From Candidatus Marinacidobacterales bacterium (GTDB taxonomy: Bacteria > Acidobacteriota > Vicinamibacteria > Marinacidobacterales > SMYC01), in the NCBI GenBank assembly GCA_965237955.1, contig OZ250169.1:5696001-5760000 (forward strand): 64,000 bases of DNA, in the 5' to 3' direction. The notes beneath the pieces were generated by a model. It was not told where the DNA came from and did not search any database. It worked only from the letters and a program-made list of their open reading frames with translations. Below are positions 33,213 through 45,288 of this stretch, one piece after another. Position 1 is the first letter of the stretch, and every line of letters begins with the position of its first letter. The position numbers were made by a program, and so were the translations under genes.

Positions 33213-35854
33213 ATGCGTAATTCAAACTAGCCAATCCGTTGGCGTTGGGCCTCCCTGGATGCGAAAACAGATGTCAATAGGCCAGTGCCGAAACAGATTC
33301 CTATTCCGACAAGACCAAAAAGCAGTCCATTGAGATCGGTAAAGTACTTTGCGAATACAACAGCGGAAAGGCTGCAGATTACGCCGATCCAGGTGTGAGT
33401 GGCGTTGGCCTTCTTCACGAAGAGACCGAGAATAAAAAGCCCTGCCAGTGGACTAGCGATTAATCCCATGAGTCCGATGAGAAAGTCAAACATATGCCCT
33501 GTGTCCATAGTGGACATAATGATCGCAATCGTTGTGCCTAATATTCCAAGACCGCCAACGAGCAGGCGAGCAAATCGTAGCTGGCTCTCTTCGTTCCACG
33601 CGGACTTGAATCTCCCTATGAAATCATTGGAAACTGCGGTGCAAATGGAATGCATGCTGCTATCTAAACTTGACATGGAAGCCGCGAATACGCCAGCGAT
33701 AACCAATCCAGCTAATCCCGCGGGCATTTGATGGGCGACGAACCAAGGGAGAATCTGATCGTTTTTCTAAAGCGGGCCGAGGAGCCCTGGATTCGATTTG
33801 TAGAAAACGAATAGGGCGATGCCCATTATTGAGAAAATCAATGTCGCGGGGATAGCGAGCAAGGCATTGGTCCAGGCGGCTTTCTGGGCCTCCCGTTCGG
33901 AGCGGGTGGTGAGGTAGCGCTGAACCACTGCTTGGTCTGCCGTGTAGGGCACGAGCGCGTTGGAGAAAATCCCTCCGAGTATCAAGACCATGAATGAGTC
34001 GGTGGCCCAAGACCATTCGATAGGAGGCAGTTCGAACTTGCCGGCTTCTTCCCCTATCGAAATCAAGGTTGAAAGGCCGCCATCCAAATTGAGCGCCACA
34101 ATACCGAGAGCGATGAGGGCGCCGCCTACGAGTACGAAGACTTGGACAACGTCCGTCCAAATAACCGCTTTAATGCCTCCAAACGCTGTATACACGGTTG
34201 ATATCAGACCCATCATGAGAATGCAGAGGGTTAGATTGAATCCAGTGACGGCAGACAAGGCTAGCGCGGGAAGAAAGACTACGATTCCCATGCGAAATAG
34301 CTGGAAAATAATAAAGGACGCGCTCCCAAAAAGGTGCAGGCCGAGATCGAATCGATCTTCTAGAAATTGATAAGCGGTGACTGCGTTGAGTCTTCTAAGT
34401 CGAGGAATGTAGATGAAAGCGATGAGCGGAGCGACAATGAGAATGCCAAGGTTCAAGAGGATAGCCGACCAGTTTATTGCGTAGACGCGAGCGGGAAGGG
34501 CGAGATAAGTAATTGCGCTCAAAGTCGTGCCGAAAATGCTGATACCCGCCGCCCACCAAGGAATGGATCTTCCTCCCAAATAGAAATCCTCTGCCGTTTG
34601 CGTGTTGCGGGCGCAGACAAATCCGATTGCGAGTAGGCCTCCGAGATACACTAGCAGGGTAGTCCAATTCCGAAAGAGGCCGCGATTGGCGTGGCTGTGA
34701 GCTTCCAGATTTTGGGAGAGCGTACTCGGGGCCGAATTTCTCCTGACGCCACAAAGAAGTCGCCGTCCCATTTCGCGATCTGAGTAGTGACGTGGTTCTG
34801 TGGCATGTTCCCCGCTTTTTGCCAAGTATCCGTTAGGGCGTTGTATCCCCAGATCTGTTTGGGGAATCCGGGATGCTCATCTTTCAAGTCATCTGCTCGG
34901 TGGAAGAGAGATCCATCTCGCTCCTCCTATAACGAGAACATGGTTTTGACCTGATGGGATCGCTTCGCCCGCCATTATGCATGCGGGCGAGTCCGCGAGC
35001 CGTTTCCAAGAAGAACGAGACGGACTATAGGCGTAAGCGTCTTTCAAAAATTCGAGCTCGCCATTTTCGCCCAAGTGCCGACCGCTGAAAAGATAAACCT
35101 GTTCCTCGCGGCCATTGTTCTGGGTCGCGAGTACATTGAATCCGCGGGTAGGGCCAGGCCAAGCAGGCATTTTTTTCCACCTGAACGAGTCGCTCCCTTT
35201 TTCGTCGAGATCCAAAACCCAAAAGTTTTTCGGTTCTCCTGTCGTTTCGGGGGATCTGATTTGTGTTGGAGGGGATGGCCTATGGACGCTGCCGCGATTG
35301 TGGAAAACGCCGGAAACTCCGGGCGAGAGAGGCGTTTAGGGAAAGGTTGTGAGCACGTACAAACGTGGAGCGGCGTTTTCCACAATCGCTTGGAAAACGC
35401 TTCGCGTTTCCCACGAGCGCCCACAGGCCCCTCCTGATATATATACAAGAAAGATTAATTCATATGGAATAAGGAAGGGGGGGCTCGATTAGTGGAGGCT
35501 ATGGAAAACGCCCTTCCAGGCTTCGAAGAGAACTCAGTCTTGAGCAAGGTCTGAACGACCAGAACCGTGGGGGCGTTTCCCACAGCCTCGTCTCCCGCTG
35601 AGGGACAGTGGCATTTGGTGAGGCCCGTGGGTTGAGAGGGTAAGCCATGTGTAGATGCGCATCGGCGAGAACGCTAGAATCTTTTTTTCCGAAAGAGAAA
35701 AGAGCGTTCCCGCGATGCGCGTTACTACGTTAGTCAACAAGCTCATCGGATTGCAAGGCCTGTGGGTCCGAGGTTTCCACTTCCAGGCGGACAAAGCCAG
35801 AGTGGTGGTGGATGTAGTACCACGGAGGAGGAAGCCTCTGTGCGGGATTTGCGG

Positions 35855-37299
35855 GGAGGTGCCCCCACCATAGTTGAAGGTTCGAGGTGGTGGCGGCTCC
35901 TGACACATGGTTTATCCGACTTTGGCGTGCTTGTCGAGCGCTTGATTCTCAGTGACCTCCGCTAACTTCGCTTCGAGGATCGGTAGCGATTGGTATCCAA
36001 TGATACGACGGAAATTTTTCTCCGTGGCGAGCAGAGCCGAAGCGGCCCATCTCAGAACCATCTTGCCATTGCGCCAGCGGGTGACGCGACGGGTACGACC
36101 TCGCGCACCGCTGAAGCACGACTCGATGATGTTCGTCGATCCAAGGCAGCGTTTCAGAGATGCGGGGAGGTCGAGCTCGTTGATGGTGAACATCTCGTCG
36201 AGCCCCTCCCGGATGCTCTCCGCCGCCGAGGGGTAGTCGTCCTCGAGCCACTTCGCCTGTTGCTCCAACCGCGCTTTGCCCTTCTTTGCTGGGAGCTGCC
36301 AGGCCGAACGCAGGCTCGCTTGCACTTGCGGCTTCAGCTCCTGCGGCAGATAACCGAGCACATTGCGCTCCTTGTGCTTCCTGCAACGCTGGACCTTGTT
36401 GTGGGTACCGAACACAGCGTCGACGGCGACCCGTAGCGCCTTGGAGCCATCGATCACGAACAGCCGACACCGCTCTGGGCTCAGGCCTCGTTCGACCAGG
36501 TCCTCCAGCAGCGCCTTGCAGACTATCTGGTTCTCCGATGCTCCATCCCGAAGCCCCAGAACATGCTTGTATCCCTCTGTATCTACGCCGATTGCCGCCA
36601 GCGCGTGGTGCTCGCCGAAGCGAATCCCGTCCAGGTACACGACCGCGATCTCCAGCTCGTCCAGCGGACGCTCCATCAGCCCCTGCAACTGCTCCGCGCT
36701 TGCTTCCACGAACTCACGGCTCACCTCGCTCTTGCTAACCCCTACCGTCTCCGCCATCTCGGGAAGAACCGACGCGTACTTGCGCGTCGACACACCCAGC
36801 ATCAGGATTTCCCAGATGCGTTGGCTCAGCCGAGACGAGTTGTTCACCGCTTCGTAGGCAGGAATCGCAACCTCCCCTCCCTCTGCCTTTCCCTTACGCC
36901 GCAGACGTGGCCGGCTCACTCTCAACTTCCGCTCCGCAAGGCTTACTACGCCACCCTGCCGGCCGTGCCAGCGAACATCGCTACCCTTCTTCCCCGGGTG
37001 TTTCTCCCCAGCCACACTTTGGGCTGACAGATCCAAGACCGCTTCGATCGTCGCTCGGCCAGCAACGTCGATCACTTCGTCGATCGCTATCTCGGTTCGC
37101 TTAATCGCATCCAAGAACGGCAACAGAGCTTGCCCCTTCGAGCTCAGTATCTCTCGAAGCTTCTTCCTGTTCTTCGCATCGATGATTTGGTAATTTGACA
37201 TCGTGGTGGCTCCTTTCTTTTTCCTTCACAGCCGGATTCTATCGAACCCGGCCTTAGGAGCCGCCACTCCTAACCTTCAACTATCTCAGGGGCATCTCC
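35855..37299 (-). mobile_element. IS256 family element (transposase 35912-37201)
   Basis: IRs GGAGGTGCCCC / GGGGCATCTCC; duplication ATTTGCGG at 35847-35854 and 37300-37307. Confidence 0.96.
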
Positions 37300-38081
37300 A
37301 TTTGCGGACGAACGGTCCGCAAGAACAAAGATCGCTACAATCGCTACTGGCGGCACTTGGACCTGTTCGGAGTCCGGACCTATCTTCGCTACTCGATCCG
37401 ACGAGTGGTATGTCGGCGGTGTGGAGTGGTCAGAGAAAAGGTGCCTTGGGCAGACAAGGGAAGCCGCTTTACCAAAAGCTTCGAACAAGAGGTAGCGTGG
37501 CTGGCACAGAGGACGGACGTCAGCGCCGTAGCGAACTATTTCCGAGTGACGTGGCGTTCGGTGCGACGGATCATCCAGCGAGTGGTTGCCGAGCAGCGGG
37601 ATGAGCGGCGCGAGCTCGATGGATTGCGGGTGATTGGGATGGACGAGATCAGCTACCGCAAACGCCACAAGTACTTAACAGTGGTAATAGACCATCTCAG
37701 CGGCCGGGTCGCCTGGGCGGGAAAGGAGCGCAAGGCCAAGACGCTGCTGCGGTTTTTCCGCAAGCTCGGACCACAAAGAGCCGCGGAGCTCGAAGCGGTC
37801 AGCATGGACATGTGGGAGCCGTACATAACTGTCGTCGGCAAAAAGGCTCCTCAGGCACGGGTGATCTTTGACCGCTTCCACATCGTCAAGCATCTGAACG
37901 AGGCCGTGGATAAGACCCGGCGCGAGCTGGTGCGCGAGCTCAAAGGGACTGCCCGGCGCAACCTCAAGAACACCAAGTTTCCCCTTCTCAAGGCCAAACA
38001 CAACCGCAGCGCGAAAGACAAACGGGTGCTCCGCGAGCAGGTGCGAGCTAATCGTCGCCTCTACCGCGCCATGCTTCTGCG

Positions 38082-39449
38082 GGATGTGTCCCGAGGTCCG
38101 TGGAAAAAGAACAGCGCACCTCGACTCCGTCATCAGGGTATCAGATCAAGCGGCAACCTCCGCGTGTTCGAGAACCTCGCTCAGACGTTGGTAGCCGTCG
38201 ATGCGTCGTAGTTGAATCTGGCCAGAGGCGATAAGCCCAAACAGCAAAGCGACCGCGGACTCCTCGCTGAGAACGACGCTTGGGTTTTCGTCCGGCGTCG
38301 AAACTCGCGGTTGAGATTCTCCAGAGCATTGGTCGTGCGAATCGATTTCCACATGGCACGAGGGAATTCGTAGAAGGTCAGCAGCTGATTGCCGGCCTCC
38401 TCTAGGCTTCGGACGACGGCCGGCGCGAGAGGCGTCCATTTGGCGACGAGCTTGTCATAGGCTTTGCGAGCATCGATACCGTTTTTGCTGTAGACAATCC
38501 GGTTGTAGTCACGCCGGAGCTCGCGGCGTGCGTGCGCCGGGCAATGTTCGAGCAAGTTGGCGCGCTTGTGCTCCGTACATCGCTGCAACCGGCACTCCGG
38601 CCACTTCTCGAGCGCCTTCGTCAGCCCCTTGTGGCCGTCGCTGATCACCAGCTTGGGAGCCCGGAGTCCTCGGGCCTGGAGTCCTTCCAGCGCGGAGCCC
38701 CAATGCGTCGAGGATTCGCTCACTGCCAGACGCAACGACAACAGACGTTTCTGCCCGTCTGGCGAGACCCCGAGCGCTGCCAGCACAGGCACGCTGATCA
38801 CACGCTTCGCCATCCGCACCTTCAGGTGGAAGCCGTCCAGGTAAACGATCGCGTAGACTTCATCGCTAAGGTCACGGCTCTGCCATTCTTCGAAGCGCTC
38901 TTTTAGTCGGCTAACCACGCGAGACACCGCGCTTTTCGATAAGTGCTCTTCACCAAGCAGCGGTTTCAGCGCCCTGCGGATCCGACGGCTGTTCGCGCCC
39001 GACAAGTATGTCCCCAAGATCACCTCGTCGACCTCACGAGTGCGGCGCGCGTACCGGGGCAACAGCTCGCTTTTGAACTCCGTCGTCTCTCCCGTTTCCT
39101 CGTCTCGCACACGGGCTCGTGGCACTCGCAGCTCGCGTGTTCCCACCGATGTCGTCACGCGGCGGGTCTCGGCGCCGTTGCGATAACCACGGCGTCCTTC
39201 CGAACGCTCGTAGCTAACACAACCCAGCGCTTGGTCCACTTCCTCCTCGAGCACAACCTCGATCGCCTCCAGTACCCGCTTGCGCAACCGAAGCTGGACG
39301 AACTCCCGGTACTCGCTTACAGACTCCTTGGATATGGTGGTAGGCTTCTTCATGGCGTAATCCTCCTCCTCGCCTTTTCAGGCGCGGTTTTGATTTTGGT
39401 TAACCGGAGGTTACGCCATTCTTATTTCCACGGAACCCGGGACAGATCC
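38082..39449 (-). mobile_element. IS256 family element (transposase 38146-39353, frameshift near the 3' end)
   Basis: IRs GGATGTGTCCC / GGGACAGATCC; duplication CTTCTGCG; YRNG, YLDG, ISDGHKG, TTNALE motifs. Confidence 0.93.
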
Positions 39450-39733
39450 CTTCTGCGCGACGACTTCATGGACCTCTACACCTACAAAACCGAGACATGG
39501 GCCAAGAAGTTTCTCCGAGGATGGCTGCGGCGCGCTATGAGCTCGAGGATAGAGCCCGTCAAACGCGCGGCGAAGATGATCCGCAGCCACTTCGATGGCG
39601 TCATCGCGTGGGTCACGTGGAGACTCAGCAACGGCCGACTCGAAGGAATGAACAACAAAATCCGGCTGCTGAGCCACCGCAGCTTTGGACTCCACTCTGC
39701 CGAAGCTCTCATCAGTGCGTATTCCGGGGCATC

Positions 39734-39875
39734 GTGAACGCAGATTCCAGCCGAAGGTGAACATCCATTCCAAAGCATCGTGAACACGGATTCCGGGGAT
39801 CGTGAACATCGATTCCGGGGAAGGTGAACACGGATTCCAGGCAACGTGAACGCCGGTTCCGGCATCGCGAACGCT
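39734..39875 (+). repeat. About seven tandem ~22-bp GTGAAC...ATTCC units at the IS21 left end
   Basis: GTGAACNNNNATTCC repeated head to tail; inverted counterparts near 42585-42658. Confidence 0.85.
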
Positions 39876-39956
39876 CATCGATAGCACGTTTCAAGGCAAC
39901 TCTAGGTCGTACCCGGAAGGAGGACGATCTAGGAACTGGCAGCTAAGAGGTTATCG

Positions 39957-41492
39957 ATGAGAAAAATACGAGAGGTTCTAAGGTTAAAGTACGAGCTGGG
40001 TTTTACTCACCGCATGATCGCAAAGGCACTTCGCGTGGCGGTTGGAACGGTGAGTGAGTACCTGGCCAAGGCGAAGAAGGGTGGTCTGAGCTGGCCGCTC
40101 CCGGAGGAGCTGAGCGACGGGGAGCTGGAGGCAGGGCTGTTTCCGCCGCCGGGCTCGTCTGGCGCACGGCCGGGTCTGGACTATGCCCACATCCACGAGG
40201 AGCTGAGGCGTCACCGAGAGCTGACGTTGCTGCAGCTGTGGGTGGAGTACGCGGAGAATAAGCCGGGAGCGTACGGCTACAGCCGTTATTGCGAGCTGTA
40301 CGGTCAGTGGAAGAAGAAGCTGAACCCGACGATGCGTCAACGGCATCGAGCAGGCGAGAAGACATTCGTCGATTTTTCGGGGAAGAAGCCTCACATCGTC
40401 GATCCGAAAACGGGAGAGCTCGTCGAAATGGAGCTGTTCGTCGGGACGTTGGGCGCGAGCAGTTACACCTACGTCGAAGCGACACTGAACCAGTCGCTGG
40501 AATCGTGGGCGAAGGCCCATAAGGGGATGTCGGATTACTTCGGTGGCAGTACGGAGATCTGGGTTCCGGACAACTTGAAGAGCGGCGTGGATTTGGTGGA
40601 CCGTTACGAGCCAGGGATCAACCGGACGTACGAAGAGATGGCGACGCATTACGGTGCGGTTGTGGTCCCGGCTCGGGTGTTCAAGCCGAAAGACAAAGCG
40701 AAGGTGGAGTCGGCAGTGCAGGTGGCGCAGCGCTGGATCCTGGCGGTGCTTCGTCATCGCACGTTCTTCAGCCTGGCGGAACTGAACGAAGCCATCTGGG
40801 AGAAGTTAGAGGTCCTGAATGCGCGTCCGATGCAGAAGCTCGGTGTGAGTCGGCGGGAGTTGTACGAAAGGCTAGACCGGCCCGTACTGAAACCGCTACC
40901 GCAGGAGAGCTACGAGTTATCGACGTGGAAGCGGTGCAGAGTGAACATCGACTACCACGTGGAGGTGGAGAACAACTTGTACAGCGTTCCCTATCAGCTC
41001 ATTCACGAGAAAGTCGAGGCACGGGTGACGGCCTCGGTGGTGGAGGTCCTGTTCAAGGGAAAGCGCGTCGCGTCGCATCCCCGCAAGAAAGGAAAGGGGC
41101 ACTACTCCACGAACCCGGAGCATATGCCACGTTCGCATCGGGAGCACCTGGAGTGGACGCCGTCGCGGCTGCTCCACTGGGCGGAGCAGTCAGGTCGCGC
41201 CACGGGAAGGCTGGTTGCGGGGATTCTAGAGAGTCGGCCTCACCCGGAGCAGGGATTTCGCTCTTGCCTGGGAGTCATGCGACTAGGCAGCCGCTGGGGC
41301 AGTGAGCGTCTCGAGGCCGCTTGCGCACGAGCGGAAGCTTTGAGCTCTTACAGCTATCGCACGGTGAAAAACATTCTCTCGGCTGGTCTGGATCGTGTGG
41401 TGCTCGAATCGGACGCCGAAGCGAAACCGCGAGAGGAGCACGAGAACATCCGAGGCGCGGATCACTACGAAGGAGGAGAGTCCCGATGCTGA
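39957..41492 (+). CDS. istA: IS21 transposase IstA
   Basis: MRKIREVLRL, FVDFSG, VPDNLKSG, PKDKAKVE. Confidence 0.95.
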   Translation: MRKIREVLRLKYELGFTHRMIAKALRVAVGTVSEYLAKAKKGGLSWPLPEELSDGELEAGLFPPPGSSGARPGLDYAHIHEELRRHRELTLLQLWVEYAENKPGAYGYSRYCELYGQWKKKLNPTMRQRHRAGEKTFVDFSGKKPHIVDPKTGELVEMELFVGTLGASSYTYVEATLNQSLESWAKAHKGMSDYFGGSTEIWVPDNLKSGVDLVDRYEPGINRTYEEMATHYGAVVVPARVFKPKDKAKVESAVQVAQRWILAVLRHRTFFSLAELNEAIWEKLEVLNARPMQKLGVSRRELYERLDRPVLKPLPQESYELSTWKRCRVNIDYHVEVENNLYSVPYQLIHEKVEARVTASVVEVLFKGKRVASHPRKKGKGHYSTNPEHMPRSHREHLEWTPSRLLHWAEQSGRATGRLVAGILESRPHPEQGFRSCLGVMRLGSRWGSERLEAACARAEALSSYSYRTVKNILSAGLDRVVLESDAEAKPREEHENIRGADHYEGGESRC

Positions 41493-42244
41493 CACCCGAA
41501 ACGATAGAAAAGATGAACGCCATGAAGTTGTTCGGCTTGGTGTCCGCGTTCGAAACCCAGTTGAGCTCGAGCGAATACAAGGAGCTGAGCTTCGAGGAAC
41601 GTGTGGGACTCCTGGTCGATGCCGAGTGGACCGCCCGCGAACAGCGTAAGCTTTCTCGACGACTGCGAGCGGCAAAGCTCCGCTATCCGGCATGTTTGGA
41701 GAACGTGAACTTCCAAGCGCCTCGAGGCTTAAACCGCGAACAGATCTTGAGCCTGGGCAACTGCCGCTTTGTCGGTGAGCGCCATAACCTGCTCATCACC
41801 GGCCCGACGGGGATTGGCAAATCGTTCTTGGCTTGCGCCTTCGTGGAGCGGGCCTGTCGTCGCGGCTTCACCGGATGCTACGTGCGAGCACCGCGCTTGC
41901 TCCACGAGCTCGCGGTCGCTCGTGGTGATGGTTCCTACGCCCGGCTTTTGACGAAACTCGCCAAGCTGGACTTACTGGCTATCGATGATTGGCTGCTTCA
42001 CCCGCTGAAAGAATCGGAGAGACGGGATCTAATGGAGGTCATCGAAGACCGCGCCGAGCGTGGCTCCACACTCATCGCGACCCAGATTCCGCTCAAGCAG
42101 TGGCACGAAGCGATTGGCGACCCAAACCAGGCAGACGCTATCTGCGATCGCATTCTCCACAGCGCGCACCGCATCACTCTCAAAGGAGCTTCTCTGAGAA
42201 AGACCAAGGCTGCGCCAAAGGCATTTGACAACGCCGATGCATGA
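41486..42244 (+). CDS. istB: IS21 helper ATPase IstB
   Basis: GPTGIGKS, LLAIDDW, ADAICDR. Confidence 0.95.
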   Translation: MLTPETIEKMNAMKLFGLVSAFETQLSSSEYKELSFEERVGLLVDAEWTAREQRKLSRRLRAAKLRYPACLENVNFQAPRGLNREQILSLGNCRFVGERHNLLITGPTGIGKSFLACAFVERACRRGFTGCYVRAPRLLHELAVARGDGSYARLLTKLAKLDLLAIDDWLLHPLKESERRDLMEVIEDRAERGSTLIATQIPLKQWHEAIGDPNQADAICDRILHSAHRITLKGASLRKTKAAPKAFDNADA

Positions 42245-43394
42245 GCGAGCGAGGGACCACAGCGTCGATGCGATAAAAACGGGTGAAACCGCCAAACCCG
42301 GGGTACCAGACGATGCGGTGCCAAAACGACGCGCGAGAATGCCTCAGGAAGCGTCTTCTCGAGCCAGGCCATACCCCAGCAACCCCTCGAAACCAGCCCC
42401 ACATCGCCCGGGGTTCGGCCGCGGCAGGTCGCTGCCTACGGGAGCGGGAAGGTCGCTTCGCGTCTTTCCTTACGCCCGCTCCCTCCGGCACCGACCTGCC
42501 GCCCCTTGCTACACAACACGCAGGTAAGATAGGTTCACGTTTTCAATCAGTGGAAAGGAGGTCACCCAACACTTCATCGTTTCGATGAGCGTTCGGCTTC
42601 ACCGGATTCGCTGTTCAGCTTGCTCTGGATTCGGCGTTCACGATGGCTGGAATACGCACATCAGTCTCGTCTACCTAAACTGTGGCGGTCTCACCCTCGA
42701 GAGGATCCACTGAAATGGCAGGAGAGGCAGTTTTTCAAAGCCGTTGAAAGCTCATTCGTTTCGCTTCCACCCGCCAGATACACTTTTTGGCCTAGTGTAG
42801 TCGCAGCCCCATACACCAAAGTCGAAGGAAGACTGGGCAAAGATTCGCGTAGCATCGTCTTAGTAGACGTATTCCAATTAAGTAGAAAGACGTCATCGTA
42901 GGTTTGCGAGGCATCGTTTTCCCCCATGCAAAGAACGCCCAAATCCGTTGTTACGGAGCTTCCATATCCAATCGGCCTCGGCAATTTCCCGCCAGGATGC
43001 CAGTCGCCCGATTTATCAAGCACCCAGATATCATCATGCCAGACCTTGGCTTCTCCCCAGTAGGGTTTCGGGAAATTCGCTCCTCCTGCCACAATGAGAA
43101 CATCGTTGCTAACTCCGACAAAAGGTCCTGCCACCCCTAGCGACTCAGACTGGTCTCCAGAAGGAGGGAGCTCACTGATAGCATTCCACTCGAGATAGCT
43201 CGGACTGTTTGGCTCGCCAGCCCAACATCGATTTCCGGCCATAGCCGTATCCCAGCGATAAAAAGCGCTAGCGATTTGAATCGTATAATAAATGTCATTA
43301 CGATCGGTAAGTTGAGGCGATGGCTGTGGAGCGGAGTGTTACAGACATTGCCTCGCACGAGCGCTTATCCCTTAATGTCTCACTCGGGGATGGT

Positions 43395-43935
43395 TGGAAT
43401 CCCTCGCCTTTAGGAGGCTTGGGGTACGATCCCCAGGTGAAAGGATATCGTAAATCATCGCACACGACGTACCAGTTAAACTATCACTTCGTATTTATCA
43501 CGAAGTACCGCAAGCCGGCCTTGAGAGGGGATGTAGCGGTTCGTCTCCGGGATCTCATCCGGGAGATCTGTGCTCGGAACCAGATAGAAATACTGAAGGG
43601 TCATGTGCGGCCTGAGCAGTTGCATCTGTTACTGAGCGTGCCGCCGAATTTGTCGCCGAGTCGAGTGATGCAGTTGATCAAGGGTAAGACGTCGAATCGT
43701 CTGATGCGAGACTTTCGGACGATGCGGAAGGAGTTCTGGGGTCGGCACCTATGGGCACGGGGTTACTTCGTGGTGACGACGGGCAACGTGACGGATGAGG
43801 TGATAGCGAAGTATATAGAGTTGCAAGGTGCCGTGCCCCAGGACGACGATTCTTTCAAGGTTAGCGAGTAGTGAAACGAGGCAAGGACAAGCCGACTTTA
43901 GTCGGCGACGTGAACCCATCGCCTTTAGGCGATGG
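43395..43935 (+). mobile_element. IS200/IS605 family element (tnpA only)
   Basis: Subterminal hairpin-like CCCTCGCCTTTAGGAGG (43401) and hairpin CCATCGCCTTTAGGCGATGG (43916-43935); exact ends uncertain. Confidence 0.82.
43437..43871 (+). CDS. tnpA: Y1 (HUH) transposase TnpA; first HUH His appears replaced
   Basis: YHFVFITKYR, EQLHLL (normally DHxH), KGKTS, LWARGYF, YIE.Q. Confidence 0.9.
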   Translation: MKGYRKSSHTTYQLNYHFVFITKYRKPALRGDVAVRLRDLIREICARNQIEILKGHVRPEQLHLLLSVPPNLSPSRVMQLIKGKTSNRLMRDFRTMRKEFWGRHLWARGYFVVTTGNVTDEVIAKYIELQGAVPQDDDSFKVSE

Positions 43936-44102
43936 AGCGCACGCGCTCAGTTTTAATAAGATTACGATTTTAATAAGGCGATATCTGTTTTAAAAGCCAT
44001 TTCAAAAATACCGGCTCCGGATCACAATGATCACTACTAAGTTGTATGCTGCCATTATCACTGCCGGTAATCATTTTAAGAGCAACCACATGTCCGCCAC
44101 CC

Positions 44103-45288
44103 TGTCCCTCCCATAAACTCGATCGCGCGATTCTCAGGATGCGCGGGACCGAAGGGGCCTGCGGACAAGCCACGAATGTTCTGTTCGCGGTCGTCGCAAG
44201 CGTACCTTGACGGATCACTGGGGAGCAACGTTGGGCGAATAACCTACTTGCGGCGAAGTCAGGCAGCGAGTCTAGTGTAATAATGATGGAGGCCACCGAC
44301 CTTCGGAACGGCAGTCACTCTCCCCATCCCCGGCGATTCGACCAGGCGGGGCTCCGGGGCGTCCTTCTCGAGCGACAAATGAGTCCGGCATGAATGATAG
44401 TAGTCAATGTATTCGCGCAGGATTCGCGTAAGGTGCCGCTCGTTGAGGACGATCACATGGTCGAGGCACTCGCGGCGAATGCTTCCAACTACTCGTTCGA
44501 CGCAGGGGCTCTGCCATGGCGAGCGCGGCGCCGTCAGAACCTGCCGGATGCCGAGTCCGGCGACGCGCCGGTTGAAGTACCGGCCGTAGATGCGATCTCG
44601 ATCCCGCAGCAGGTACCGAGGCGCCGAATCCCATGGAAACGCCTCGACCATTTGCTGCGCCGTCCACTCTGCAGAAGGATGGTCCGTGACGTTGAAATGA
44701 ACGATCGGACGACGATCGTGACGGAGAACGATAAAGACGAATAGAACCCGGAACGTCGCGGTTGGCAACGTGAAGAAGTCAACGGACACCAAGTCCTTGA
44801 CGTGATTGTCGAGAAAGCTCCGCCAGGTCTGAGAAGGTGGTTTTCGATGCCGGACCATGTACTTGGACACCGCCGCCTGGGAAATGGATATGCCAAGCTT
44901 CATCAGCTCGCCGTGCACTCTGGGGGCGCCCCAGAGCGGATTCGACCCACTCATGGTCCGTATCAGCTCGCGAATCTCCGGAGCGACGCCCGGTCGACCT
45001 GGCCGACGTTCTGAACCCGGCTGAGAAGGACACTGTCGCAGTCAGTCCAGACTCTGCGCAACTACACCCAGAAACCGCGGTCGACATTCGATAGTCGCGG
45101 TCGCTTCACGGAACGTTGGAGGACGACGAGTTGCTGGCGCAGAGCGAGATTCTCAAAGGCCAGTGAGCGGCGGGTTTTGAAAGCCGAGGTGAGCGAGCGT
45201 AGAAGCGACCAAATCATGGCGAAATATTGACGTCCGCTTGTGGGAAAGATCAAGATTGACGCGGGTGGACGAGTAAATGGAAGGGACA
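44103..45288 (-). mobile_element. Degenerate integrase-core (rve) IS with terminal IRs
   Basis: IRs TGTCCCTCCCATAAACTC and GAGTAAATGGAAGGGACA; ENLALRQQL...FWV* then NPLWGAPRVHGEL, SVDFF, RDRD, ERVVGSIRRECLD. Confidence 0.82.

Larger units (their letters stand above)
39716..42658 (+). mobile_element. IS21 family element
   Basis: Ends TGCGTATTCC / GGAATACGCA; duplication CATCAG at 39710-39715 and 42659-42664. Confidence 0.95.
35715..42713 (+). pseudogene. ISL3 transposase in four pieces
   Basis: CGICG...CRRCG zinc finger, GMDE, SMDM, FDRFH, SNGRLEGMNNKI; rejoins in frame when the three inserts are removed. Confidence 0.9.
35232..42728 (+). mobile_element. ISL3 family element containing three nested IS
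   Basis: Imperfect IRs GGTTCTCCTGTCGTTTC / GAAATGGCAGGAGAGGC; 8-bp duplication AGTTTTTC at 35224-35231 and 42729-42736. Confidence 0.92.
33227..43298 (-). pseudogene. NanM-like kelch + sodium:solute symporter fusion, split by ISL3 and otherwise disrupted
   Basis: Kelch blades (VAGGANFP, YLAGG, YLFSGR) at 42729-43298 and 34700-35231; SSS motifs (FYLGGRSIPWW, GGIKAVIWTD, QRYLTT, AASMSSLDS) at 33227-34670; frameshifts near 43240, 34920, 34670 and in-frame TAG at 33767. Confidence 0.85.

Noticed and set aside
39734-39875. Tandem ~22-bp repeats resembling a mini-CRISPR or iterons
   Set aside because: No unique spacers and no cas genes; they lie inside the IS21 end with inverted counterparts at the other end, as expected for transposase-binding repeats
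43395-43935. TnpB/IscB RNA-guided system
   Set aside because: Only tnpA lies between the hairpins; no RuvC ORF
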